Shown here piece after piece: positions 54,198 through 64,000 of a stretch of DNA of 64,000 bases. A model generated the notes under the pieces. That model did not search any database and was not told the origin of the DNA. It saw nothing but the letters and a program-made list of their open reading frames with translations. The translations under genes and the position numbers were made by a program. The DNA is taken from contig JALOCB010000001.1 of assembly GCA_023227985.1 (NCBI GenBank), positions 1,431-65,430 of the forward strand, given 5' to 3'. Position 1 is the stretch's first letter. Each line of letters starts with the position of its first letter. Source of the stretch: Candidatus Omnitrophota bacterium (lineage in GTDB: Bacteria; Omnitrophota; Gorgyraeia; Gygaellales; Profunditerraquicolaceae).

Positions 54198-56633
54198 CTA
54201 TTCTTCCTCGGCAATCACCGGCGCTACGCAGGAAACACGGTCCTTATCCTTGCCGTCCAGTTTGATAAGGCATACGCCTTGCGAAGCCCTGCCGGTTTCC
54301 CGAATATCTTTGATCGAGCAACGCAGGAACATCCCGTTCTGGGTGATCACCATCAATTCGTCGTTATCATTAACTGTCTTAAGATTTACCGCCGGGCCGT
54401 TCTTATCGGTAACTTTGATGTTAATAATACCCTTGCCTCCCCTGCGGGTCAAGCGATATTCCTTGGCCGGGGTACGCTTGGCAAAACCCAATTCGGTAAC
54501 CGTTAATATAGTGGCGTCTTTCTGCACCAGGACCATAGAGATAACCTCGTCTTCTTTACCCAGAGATACCCCCTTGACCCCGCGGGCCGCCCGGCCCATA
54601 TCCCGGACTTGGTTTTCCGGGAACCTAATCGCCTTTCCTTCTCTTGTCCCGATCAAAAGCTCCTGCTTGCCGTCGGTCAATTCCACTCCGATAAGCTCAT
54701 CATTATCTTCCAGGGTGATCCCGATGATCCCGCCTTTGCGCGGATTTCCGTAGGCGTCAAGACAGGTCTTCTTGATCGAGCCGAGCTTAGTGACCATAAC
54801 CAGGAATTTATCCGCGGAGAACTCCCGCACCGGGATGGTCGAGCTGACCTTTTCCCCGGATTTAAGCTCCAGAAGGTTAACTATGGCCTTGCCCTTGGAG
54901 ACCTTGCTTGCCTGCGGGATCTCATACACCTTGACCCAGTAAACCTGCCCCTTATCCGTGAAAACGAGGAGGTAATCCTTGGTCGAGGCCACAAAAAGAT
55001 GCTCGATAAAATCTTCTTCTTTCAGGTCCGCTCCGGTCGCCCCCTTGCCGCCTCGTTTCTGTTTGCGGTAGGCGCTTACCGGCAGTCTCTTTATATACCC
55101 ACCGTGGCTTATGGTCACCACCACATCTTCGTCGGCTATAAGATCGTCAATCTCCAGCTCTTCCACCTCTCCGACAATATCCGTCCGTCGCTCATCCCCG
55201 TATTTCTTTTTCAATTCCGCGAGCTCTTCTTTGATGATCCCTTCTATCTTCTTTTCCGAAGCCAGGATCGCCCTGCATAATTCTATTTTCTTTAAAAGCT
55301 CCAGGTATTCGGCCTCGATCTTGTCTCGCTCCATCGCGGTCAAACGCTGCAGCTGCATTTCCAGGATCGCCTGGGACTGAACATCGGAAAGCCCGAATTC
55401 TTTCATCAGGTTCTCTTTAGCCGCAGGCACGGTTTTGGAGGTCTTGATCACCTTGATGATCCGATCAATGAATTTAAGGGCGATCTTAAACCCTTCCAGG
55501 ATGTGCGCCCTCTTTAAGGCCTTATCCAGCTCGAACTGTGTCCTTCGCCGGATGATGATCTTTCTATGCCCGATATAACAATCCAGGATCTGGCGCAGAT
55601 TAAGCACCCGTGGACGGTTTTCCACCAAGGCCAGCATTATAATGCCGAAGGTGGTCTCCATTTGGGTGTGCTTGAAAAGCTGGTTCAGGATTATCTGGGG
55701 TTCGACATCGCGCTTCAACTCGATAACAATACGCATCCCGTCTTTATCCGACTCATCGCGAAGATCGGATATACCCTCGATCTTCTTGTCATCGACCAGA
55801 TCCGCGATAACACTGATCAGCCCGGCCTTTTGAACCTGGTAAGGTATTTCATTGACCACGATAAGGTCTTTGCCGTTCTTCTGATGCTCGACGATAGCCC
55901 TGGCCCGCACCGTAACTTTGCCCCGGCCGGTAGCATAGGCGTCTTTTATCCCTGACTTGCCGCAGATCACCCCGCCCGTAGGGAAATCCGGGCCTTTAAT
56001 ATGGCGTAAAAGGTCTTTGATCTCGGCTTCGGGATTATCCAAAATATAACCGATCGCGTCCGCTACTTCGGATAAATTATGCGGCGGTATATTGGTAGCC
56101 ATGCCTACGGCGATACCGCTGGACCCGTTTACCAAAAGATTGGGCAATGCCGCAGGCAATAGCAAAGGCTCCTGCAAAGAGGCATCGAAGTTGGGGCCAA
56201 AATTAACGGTGTCTTTATCAATATCCGCAAGCATCGCGTCGGTGATGGCAGCCATGCGGGCCTCGGTATAACGCATAGCCGCGGCGCCATCCCCGTCGAC
56301 CGAACCGAAATTCCCCTGGCCTTCAACCAAAGGATAACGCAGGGAAAAATCCTGCGCCATTCTGACCAGCGTATCATAAACCGCGGTATCCCCGTGAGGG
56401 TGGTATTTACCCAGGACCTCCCCGACGATACGGGCGCATTTTTTATACGTCTTGGAGTGATCGAGATTCAACTCCTGCATCGCGAAAAGCACCCTGCGAT
56501 GCACCGGCTTCAAACCGTCTCGCACATCGGGAAGCGCGCGGCCGACAATAACGCTCATTGAATAATTTAAATACGCGTCCTTTACTTCGGACTCGATAGA
56601 AACAGGATTTACTTTTTCATTGCGTGTATACAT
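54198..56633 (-). CDS. gyrA: DNA gyrase subunit A
   Basis: 811 aa. ...AAAMRYTE... active-site Tyr region (RYTEARM), C-terminal beta-pinwheel repeats. Confidence 0.95.
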   Translation of the reverse strand: MYTRNEKVNPVSIESEVKDAYLNYSMSVIVGRALPDVRDGLKPVHRRVLFAMQELNLDHSKTYKKCARIVGEVLGKYHPHGDTAVYDTLVRMAQDFSLRYPLVEGQGNFGSVDGDGAAAMRYTEARMAAITDAMLADIDKDTVNFGPNFDASLQEPLLLPAALPNLLVNGSSGIAVGMATNIPPHNLSEVADAIGYILDNPEAEIKDLLRHIKGPDFPTGGVICGKSGIKDAYATGRGKVTVRARAIVEHQKNGKDLIVVNEIPYQVQKAGLISVIADLVDDKKIEGISDLRDESDKDGMRIVIELKRDVEPQIILNQLFKHTQMETTFGIIMLALVENRPRVLNLRQILDCYIGHRKIIIRRRTQFELDKALKRAHILEGFKIALKFIDRIIKVIKTSKTVPAAKENLMKEFGLSDVQSQAILEMQLQRLTAMERDKIEAEYLELLKKIELCRAILASEKKIEGIIKEELAELKKKYGDERRTDIVGEVEELEIDDLIADEDVVVTISHGGYIKRLPVSAYRKQKRGGKGATGADLKEEDFIEHLFVASTKDYLLVFTDKGQVYWVKVYEIPQASKVSKGKAIVNLLELKSGEKVSSTIPVREFSADKFLVMVTKLGSIKKTCLDAYGNPRKGGIIGITLEDNDELIGVELTDGKQELLIGTREGKAIRFPENQVRDMGRAARGVKGVSLGKEDEVISMVLVQKDATILTVTELGFAKRTPAKEYRLTRRGGKGIINIKVTDKNGPAVNLKTVNDNDELMVITQNGMFLRCSIKDIRETGRASQGVCLIKLDGKDKDRVSCVAPVIAEEE

Positions 56634-56634
56634 T

Positions 56635-59118
<2,484 letters not shown>

Positions 59119-59147
59119 TCACTAATACTGTTTATTGCAATAAATTT

Positions 59148-59444
59148 TTAACTCCCTTCGCCGACATCGCCTATTTTAAACCGGACATCCTTTATCCCGG
59201 ACGGCCCTGCCGCCAACCGGGTTAATATCCTTTTTTTCTGCATATTCAGATAATATGCCCAAACCGGGGAATCCACGGTTATATACAGGATCCCGTTTTT
59301 AACCGAACCGAATTTGATATGCTTGAGTTCTTTTTTAGCGAAGCCTCTCTTTAGCAGACCGTCGGGATAAAGAAAACCGGACCCCTGTTTTTTGGCCTTT
59401 AAATCCGACAGCAAGGATAAAACAGAGTTTTTTATCGGTTCCAT
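59148..59444 (-). CDS. DUF721 family protein (dnaN/gyrB-linked, DciA-like)
   Basis: 98 aa. GILYITVDSPVWAYYLNMQKKRILTRL fits the DUF721 pattern. Conserved position between dnaN and gyrB. Confidence 0.7.
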   Translation of the reverse strand: MEPIKNSVLSLLSDLKAKKQGSGFLYPDGLLKRGFAKKELKHIKFGSVKNGILYITVDSPVWAYYLNMQKKRILTRLAAGPSGIKDVRFKIGDVGEGS

Positions 59445-59453
59445 AAAATTATT

Positions 59454-60545
59454 TTAACTCAACCGCATCGGCAAGACGATATAAACATACCCCTCGCTGC
59501 GGACAACCCCCGGTTTTTCGCTTCCTAATATTTCGAAGTCGATTTTTTCGCCGATCAGGTTTTTCAGCACATCAATCAGGTACACGGGATTAAACCCGAT
59601 CACGATCTCTTTGCCCTGGTATTCTATAGGCACTTCCTCCCTGGATTCGCCCACATCCGGGGTGGACTTTGAAATCACCAATTTTTCCTTGAACACCTCG
59701 AATTTAACCGCCTGATAATCCGGCGTGGCCAAAAGCGACGCCCGGCGGATAGCCAATAAAAACTGTTCCCTATTGATCTTTATCTTGTTCTCGCAAGCCG
59801 GCGGGATCACCTGCTGATAATCCGGGAATTCCCCTTCAATCAACCTGGAGATGATTACCGCGTCTTTAAAATCAAAAAGAATCTGGTTCGGCCCGATCAA
59901 AAGCGACACGTCCCCCATCTCCTTAAGGTTCCTTTGTAATTCCTGTATGGTTTTTAACGGAACAATTATACTCACCTCTTTATTTACCGGCTGGGTAAGC
60001 TTACTCTTACTGATTGCCAGGCGTTTCCCATCTGTTGCCACCAAAGTTAGCTGATCTTTGGATATTTTAAAAAGTATCCCATTTAAAATATACCTTGTTT
60101 CATCCAAAGAAACCGCGAATCCGGTCTGATTGAGCATATGTTTTAAAAGCGCTTGTTCTATTTTTATCGCTTCCTTATCTTTAAATTCCGGCAGTTTTGG
60201 AAATTCCTCTGCCGGCAGTCCAATTATTTTAAATTGACAGGTTTTACTCTCAATAATCACTATATTGTTTTTTTTGGTATTAACCTCTACTTCATTATCA
60301 GATAATTCCTTTATAATACTGCTAAATCTCCTGGCAGGAATAGTTATCACCCCCTGTTCCTGGATATCCACAGGGATTACACAGCTTATTCCTATATTAA
60401 GATCTGTGGCGGTTAACCTTAAAGTATCTTTCTGCGCTTCCAGTAAAAAGTTTGATAATATAGGTAAGGTTGCTTTTGCGCTGATTATATTTTGTATAGT
60501 ATCAATCCCTCTGGACAGAACATCCTTACTCACTTTAAACCGCAT
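59454..60545 (-). CDS. dnaN: DNA polymerase III beta sliding clamp
   Basis: MRFKVSKDVLSRGIDTIQNIISAKATLPILSNFLLEA: canonical DnaN N-terminus. 363 aa. Confidence 0.9.
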   Translation of the reverse strand: MRFKVSKDVLSRGIDTIQNIISAKATLPILSNFLLEAQKDTLRLTATDLNIGISCVIPVDIQEQGVITIPARRFSSIIKELSDNEVEVNTKKNNIVIIESKTCQFKIIGLPAEEFPKLPEFKDKEAIKIEQALLKHMLNQTGFAVSLDETRYILNGILFKISKDQLTLVATDGKRLAISKSKLTQPVNKEVSIIVPLKTIQELQRNLKEMGDVSLLIGPNQILFDFKDAVIISRLIEGEFPDYQQVIPPACENKIKINREQFLLAIRRASLLATPDYQAVKFEVFKEKLVISKSTPDVGESREEVPIEYQGKEIVIGFNPVYLIDVLKNLIGEKIDFEILGSEKPGVVRSEGYVYIVLPMRLS

Positions 60546-60684
60546 TCGTGCCTCCTATTATTATTATTATATTAAATTTAAATATCGTATTATCAGTAAT
60601 AAGGTTTCGTTTCTGTTAAAATCTATTTATCTTATTAACCCAATTAAACTTAACTAAAAATTTACCTCTTAATAACCGGTTAAT
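60546..60684. promoter_or_regulatory. AT-rich dnaA-dnaN intergenic region, candidate DNA-unwinding element of a bipartite oriC
   Basis: 139 nt, very AT-rich, with a (TAT)5 trinucleotide run at 60546-60560. A DnaA-box-like TTGGATAAC occurs at 60693-60701, just inside the dnaA 3' end. Confidence 0.4.
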
Positions 60685-62025
60685 TTATTGTTGGATAACC
60701 TGTATAATCTTATCTACTTTAGTTTTTAATGCGGCATTAAGCTTTAATTCCTCTTTTATTTTGTTATATGAATGTAAAACAGTAGTATGATCCTTCCCCC
60801 CAAAATTAACCCCTATTTCCGGAAAAGACAAATCAGTAAGCTCTCTGCTTAAAAACATTGCAATCTGCCGAGGCAGGACGATCATTTTATTCCGGCGTTT
60901 TAATTTCAGGTCCTGGATAGTTACCCCGCACTCTTCAGCCACACAGCGTTGGATAAAATCCACTGTGGTTAGTTTTTTGGGTTCTTTTATCAAGTCTTTA
61001 AGCACTTCTTTGGCCAATTCAAGGGTAATGTTTTTTTCTTCCAGCAGTGAATATGCGATAATCCTGATCAAAGCCCCTTCTAACTCGCGGATATTGGTTT
61101 TAATCAGTTGGGCGATGAAAAAAATAACATCATCCGGGACAGTAACCGGTTCGCGCTCAATTTTCTTTTTTAAAATAGCTACGCGGGTTTCCAGGTCCGG
61201 TGGCTGGATATCAGTGGTCAATCCCCAGCTAAAACGCGAAACCAGCCTTTCCTGCAGGTTGGCGATTTCCTTTGGCGGCCGGTCGGAAGAGATAATGATC
61301 TGTTTATGCGCGTCGTACAAGGAATTAAAGGTGTGGAAAAATTCTTCTTGCGTGGATTCTTTACCGGCGATGAAATGGATATCGTCCAGAACCAGGATGT
61401 CGGTGTTCCGGTATTTTTGTCGGAAGGCCGGCGTGGAATGGTGCTGAATAGCGTCTATTAATTCATTGGTGAATTTTTCCGAAGGCATATAACATATCTT
61501 TAAATTCGGGAAAGCGTTTTTAAGGTGATGACAGATGGCCTGCATAAGATGGGTTTTCCCCAGCCCCACCCCGCCGTAAATGAACAAAGGGTTGTAATTT
61601 TTCCCGGGCATTTCGGCGACCGCTTTTGAATACGCGTGAGAATGGCGGTTGGACGGGCCGAGAATAAAATTGTCGAATGTATACCGCGGATTTAAATTCA
61701 GGTTCGCGTCCGGTTCCAACATCTTTGCTTTTGGCTGCTCCTGGTGGTGCTTGACTGTCCTGTCTTTTGCTTGAGCTCCCGCAGCGACATCTAAAACTAA
61801 TTCGACAGGCCCTTTGAAAACATTTTCCACCGCCTCAAGGAGCAACGACCGGTAGTGCTTTTCCACCCAATCGCGGAAAAAGGTATCCGGCGCCTCCAGG
61901 ACAAAAGTCCCATTCCGGCCTTCTTTCGGCTTCAAAGGCATAACCCAGGTCTGGAAAACCGTATCTCCGACCTTAGCCTTTAAATAACCGCTTATCTTCT
62001 CCCAGCTTGTTTTTAGGTCTGGCAT
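60685..62025 (-). CDS. dnaA: Chromosomal replication initiator protein DnaA
   Basis: 446 aa. AAA+ Walker A GGVGLGKTHL. C-terminal DNA-binding domain. Confidence 0.95.
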   Translation of the reverse strand: MPDLKTSWEKISGYLKAKVGDTVFQTWVMPLKPKEGRNGTFVLEAPDTFFRDWVEKHYRSLLLEAVENVFKGPVELVLDVAAGAQAKDRTVKHHQEQPKAKMLEPDANLNLNPRYTFDNFILGPSNRHSHAYSKAVAEMPGKNYNPLFIYGGVGLGKTHLMQAICHHLKNAFPNLKICYMPSEKFTNELIDAIQHHSTPAFRQKYRNTDILVLDDIHFIAGKESTQEEFFHTFNSLYDAHKQIIISSDRPPKEIANLQERLVSRFSWGLTTDIQPPDLETRVAILKKKIEREPVTVPDDVIFFIAQLIKTNIRELEGALIRIIAYSLLEEKNITLELAKEVLKDLIKEPKKLTTVDFIQRCVAEECGVTIQDLKLKRRNKMIVLPRQIAMFLSRELTDLSFPEIGVNFGGKDHTTVLHSYNKIKEELKLNAALKTKVDKIIQVIQQ

Positions 62026-62037
62026 GTTTAATTAACC

Positions 62038-62078
62038 CTATCCACAGTTTATTAACAGATTGGATAACTTTGTGGAAA
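62038..62078. promoter_or_regulatory. Cluster of three DnaA boxes (cTATCCACA; TTGGATAAC = rc GTTATCCAA; TTGTGGAAAA = rc TTTTCCACAA) upstream of dnaA: oriC / dnaA autoregulation region
   Basis: Read directly at 62038-62046, 62060-62068 and 62070-62079. Confidence 0.55.
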
Positions 62079-62239
62079 ATCTCTTCCGGCGGTTAAAACG
62101 CTCGAAGATCACAAAAACCCTTATGTATTATACAATATTTTTTTTCGCAGTCAATATAAATAACGTTTCAGGCGATGAAGAATTCCTTGACCGGTAAAAT
62201 GTTTCGTGATAAAATCCCCCTTCGTTCAAAACACTAAGT

Positions 62240-62267
62240 GTTGACTTGGGTTTTATTTGTGTTATAA
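62240..62267 (+). promoter_or_regulatory. rpmH promoter: -35 TTGACT, 16-nt spacer, -10 TATAAT
   Basis: ttgacttgggttttatttgtgttataat, ~33 nt upstream of the rpmH ATG. AAGGA RBS follows. Confidence 0.55.
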
Positions 62268-62299
62268 TTAAAAACACTCTAACAAAAGGACAGTGAGAA

Positions 62300-62437
62300 A
62301 TGAAAAAACACATCAAGACGCGATCCAATATAGTGGCGAAACGCAGCCAGGGTTTTCTTAGCAAAGCGGCTACAAAGGCCGGAAGAAAGGTCCTGGCTCG
62401 TCGGAGACGAAAAGGAAGAAAAGTGCTTTGTCTTTAA
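62300..62437 (+). CDS. rpmH: 50S ribosomal protein L34
   Basis: Own translation: MKKHIKTRSNIVAKRSQGFLSKAATKAGRKVLARRRRKGRKVLCL (45 aa). Too short for the ORF track. Canonical L34 motifs (HGF..R..T..GR.VLARRR.KGRK.L). Confidence 0.85.
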   Translation: MKKHIKTRSNIVAKRSQGFLSKAATKAGRKVLARRRRKGRKVLCL

Positions 62438-62652
62438 TCTTGCGAAGACTGGTAATAGCCCTTCTGAATTTTTATCAACAATATATAAGCCGTATGCTGC
62501 CTTTATCCTGCCGCTATTGGCCGACCTGCTCGGAATACGCAAAACAGGCTGTGGGCAAATACGGTTTACTACGGGGTGGGTTAAAGGCCGCGGCCAGGTT
62601 ATTGCGCTGCCATCCTTTATCGGGTAAATCCGGTTTTGATCCGCTTAACTAA
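62428..62652 (+). CDS. yidD: Membrane protein insertion efficiency factor YidD
   Basis: LSCRYWPTCSEYAKQAV...HPLSGKSGFDP: YidD C..PTCS.Y / HP...GG.DP motifs. The ORF track starts it at a TTG overlapping the rpmH 3' end. Confidence 0.75.
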   Translation: MSLILRRLVIALLNFYQQYISRMLPLSCRYWPTCSEYAKQAVGKYGLLRGGLKAAARLLRCHPLSGKSGFDPLN

Positions 62653-62655
62653 ATT

Positions 62656-64000
62656 ATGGAAAAACGATTGATTTTAGCGTTAGCGTTGTCTTTTGTGGTA
62701 TTATTCGGCTGGTCTGCCTTTGTGGGTAAACCCAGCCAAAAAGCCGGGATTTCACCTGTTGTCCGGATCGCTGGTCAAAATAACGAACCCTCCCTTGTGT
62801 CCCCGGAAAATCCACCTCCAGCTCTGAAAGAGGAAAATATTGAATTTGGACAATTTGAATATCAAAATAACAACAGTAAAGTGATTTTTAGCGAACCATC
62901 TGCAACAATTAAAGAAATTACCTTTAACAAATATAATAACTATAAATTATCCTTGAAAGCCGGGTTATCAATAGGTGATCCTAAATGGGAATTTATTAGA
63001 CAAAGCGTTGGGAATAATGAAGTTACATATGCATATTCCGATAAAGAAAAAACAATTGTTAAACGCTTTATTTTTGATAACACTAAGTATTCCACAACAT
63101 TAGAGATTAATGTCCAAAATAAAACCAAGGCGAATTTAAGTATTCAAATCCCCATAACCTTGGGAGTGCTAAATATCGCGGCCAACGCACAACTTAATCC
63201 GCAGGATGTTATTGTCAGCACGAAAGAAAAAAACTTTTATCCTAATATAAAACGCGCTAAAACATTTAACAATTTAAAATTCATAGGGTTACGTGAAAAA
63301 TACTTTTGCGCGATAATTCAACCGCTGGATATGGATTACAGCGGAGGCCTTGTTAAAATTAATCCCAATGAGACCGAAGTTAGGGTATTATCATCAGTAT
63401 ACCAAATTGCTTCAGGACAGACTATTGATTTAAAATTTAACGCATTTTTGGGGCCGCAAGATCTAAAGATCATTGGAAGTAATAATAAAGACTGGCAGGC
63501 TATCATTTATTACGGCACATTTGATGTCATTGCGCAAGTAATGCTTAAAATGTTGGAATTCTTGTTTGGTCTGGTCCATAATTGGGGATGGGCTATAATT
63601 ATTTTGAGCTTTATAATTTATATCATATTGTATCCATTGACCTTGCAACAGATGCGCTCAATGAAGGTAATGCAGGCAATCCAGCCGCAGATGGAAGAAT
63701 TAAAAAAGCAATATAAGGATAATCCGCAGAGATTAAACAAGGAAATGATAGAATTGTATCGTACGAATAAAGTTAATCCTTTAGGCGGATGTTTGCCGCT
63801 TATTCTGCAGATACCGATTTTCTTTGCTTTGTACCAGGTTTTAACACGGTCAATTGCTTTAAAGGGGGCGCATTTTTTGTGGATCCGGGATCTGGCGGCA
63901 CCAGATAGATTATTTATATTACCTAATTCTTTGCCACTTTTGGGGAATGAGATTAATATCTTGCCTTTATTGATGGCTGGAATAATGTTTTTCCAACAAA
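62656..64000 (+). CDS. yidC: Membrane protein insertase YidC (partial, runs off the right edge of the window)
   Basis: Own translation from the ATG at 62656: N-terminal TM (LILALALSFVVLFGW), large periplasmic domain, then YPLTLQQMRSMKVMQAIQPQMEELKKQYKDNPQRLNKEMIELYRTNKVNPLGGCLPLILQIPIFFALYQVL (YidC/Oxa1 core). Absent from the ORF track because no stop occurs before the window end. Confidence 0.85.
   Translation, partial: MEKRLILALALSFVVLFGWSAFVGKPSQKAGISPVVRIAGQNNEPSLVSPENPPPALKEENIEFGQFEYQNNNSKVIFSEPSATIKEITFNKYNNYKLSLKAGLSIGDPKWEFIRQSVGNNEVTYAYSDKEKTIVKRFIFDNTKYSTTLEINVQNKTKANLSIQIPITLGVLNIAANAQLNPQDVIVSTKEKNFYPNIKRAKTFNNLKFIGLREKYFCAIIQPLDMDYSGGLVKINPNETEVRVLSSVYQIASGQTIDLKFNAFLGPQDLKIIGSNNKDWQAIIYYGTFDVIAQVMLKMLEFLFGLVHNWGWAIIILSFIIYIILYPLTLQQMRSMKVMQAIQPQMEELKKQYKDNPQRLNKEMIELYRTNKVNPLGGCLPLILQIPIFFALYQVLTRSIALKGAHFLWIRDLAAPDRLFILPNSLPLLGNEINILPLLMAGIMFFQQ

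Noticed and set aside
62128-62542. - strand ORFs 62128..62364 and 62279..62542
   Set aside because: They overlap the strongly supported + strand rpmH (canonical L34 sequence with promoter and RBS) and the AT-rich origin region. No protein-like features.

Overview
Contiguous bacterial chromosome segment, most likely the replication-origin region of an uncultivated lineage (taxon not determinable from sequence alone). The right end holds the classic oriC neighbourhood: rpmH-yidD-yidC on the + strand, diverging from dnaA-dnaN-DUF721-gyrB-gyrA on the - strand. DnaA boxes and a sigma70-like promoter lie in the dnaA/rpmH intergenic region. Almost everything left of that (positions 1-46975) is on the - strand, in very tightly packed, often overlapping operons. 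In order from the origin these are: glmS, rsmI, a ~6 kb giant secreted multidomain protein, a complete Gram-positive-style PyrR attenuator followed by a ~14 kb pyrimidine super-operon, a Chlamydia/spirochete-type V-ATPase operon, two tRNAs, CheC-like plus a receiver-GGDEF regulator, a four-gene tRNA-binding/YkgJ/DUF2156/exonuclease-WYL operon, a transglutaminase-like lipoprotein, a PilZ fusion, an M1-peptidase-Omp85 barrel fusion, FmdB, an M20 peptidase, PAC2, HAD, an ApbE-like protein, and at the left edge two tandem Ddl-family ATP-grasp ligases translationally coupled to a truncated KamA-family lysine 2,3-aminomutase. The pyrimidine super-operon (pyrR-pyrB-pyrC-EndoQ-like-tRNAArg-LOG-carA-carB-yjbQ-mutM-ICMT-pyrK-GT2-pyrD-pyrF) has DNA-repair genes embedded in it. 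The only sizeable + strand block is a 4.2 kb pilin/pseudopilin island with unusual Cys-rich and poly-Pro secreted proteins. Four tRNAs were identified (Asp-GTC, Val-TAC, Arg-CCG, Glu-TTC). No rRNA, CRISPR array, transposase or integrase was seen. The most unusual items are the KamA/tandem-ATP-grasp locus, the tRNA-binding/DUF2156/Exo-WYL operon, the peptidase-Omp85 fusion, the giant CheD/GHKL/kinase-like protein, the Cys-rich pilin island, and a 22-nt palindromic motif shared by two unrelated translation-start regions.
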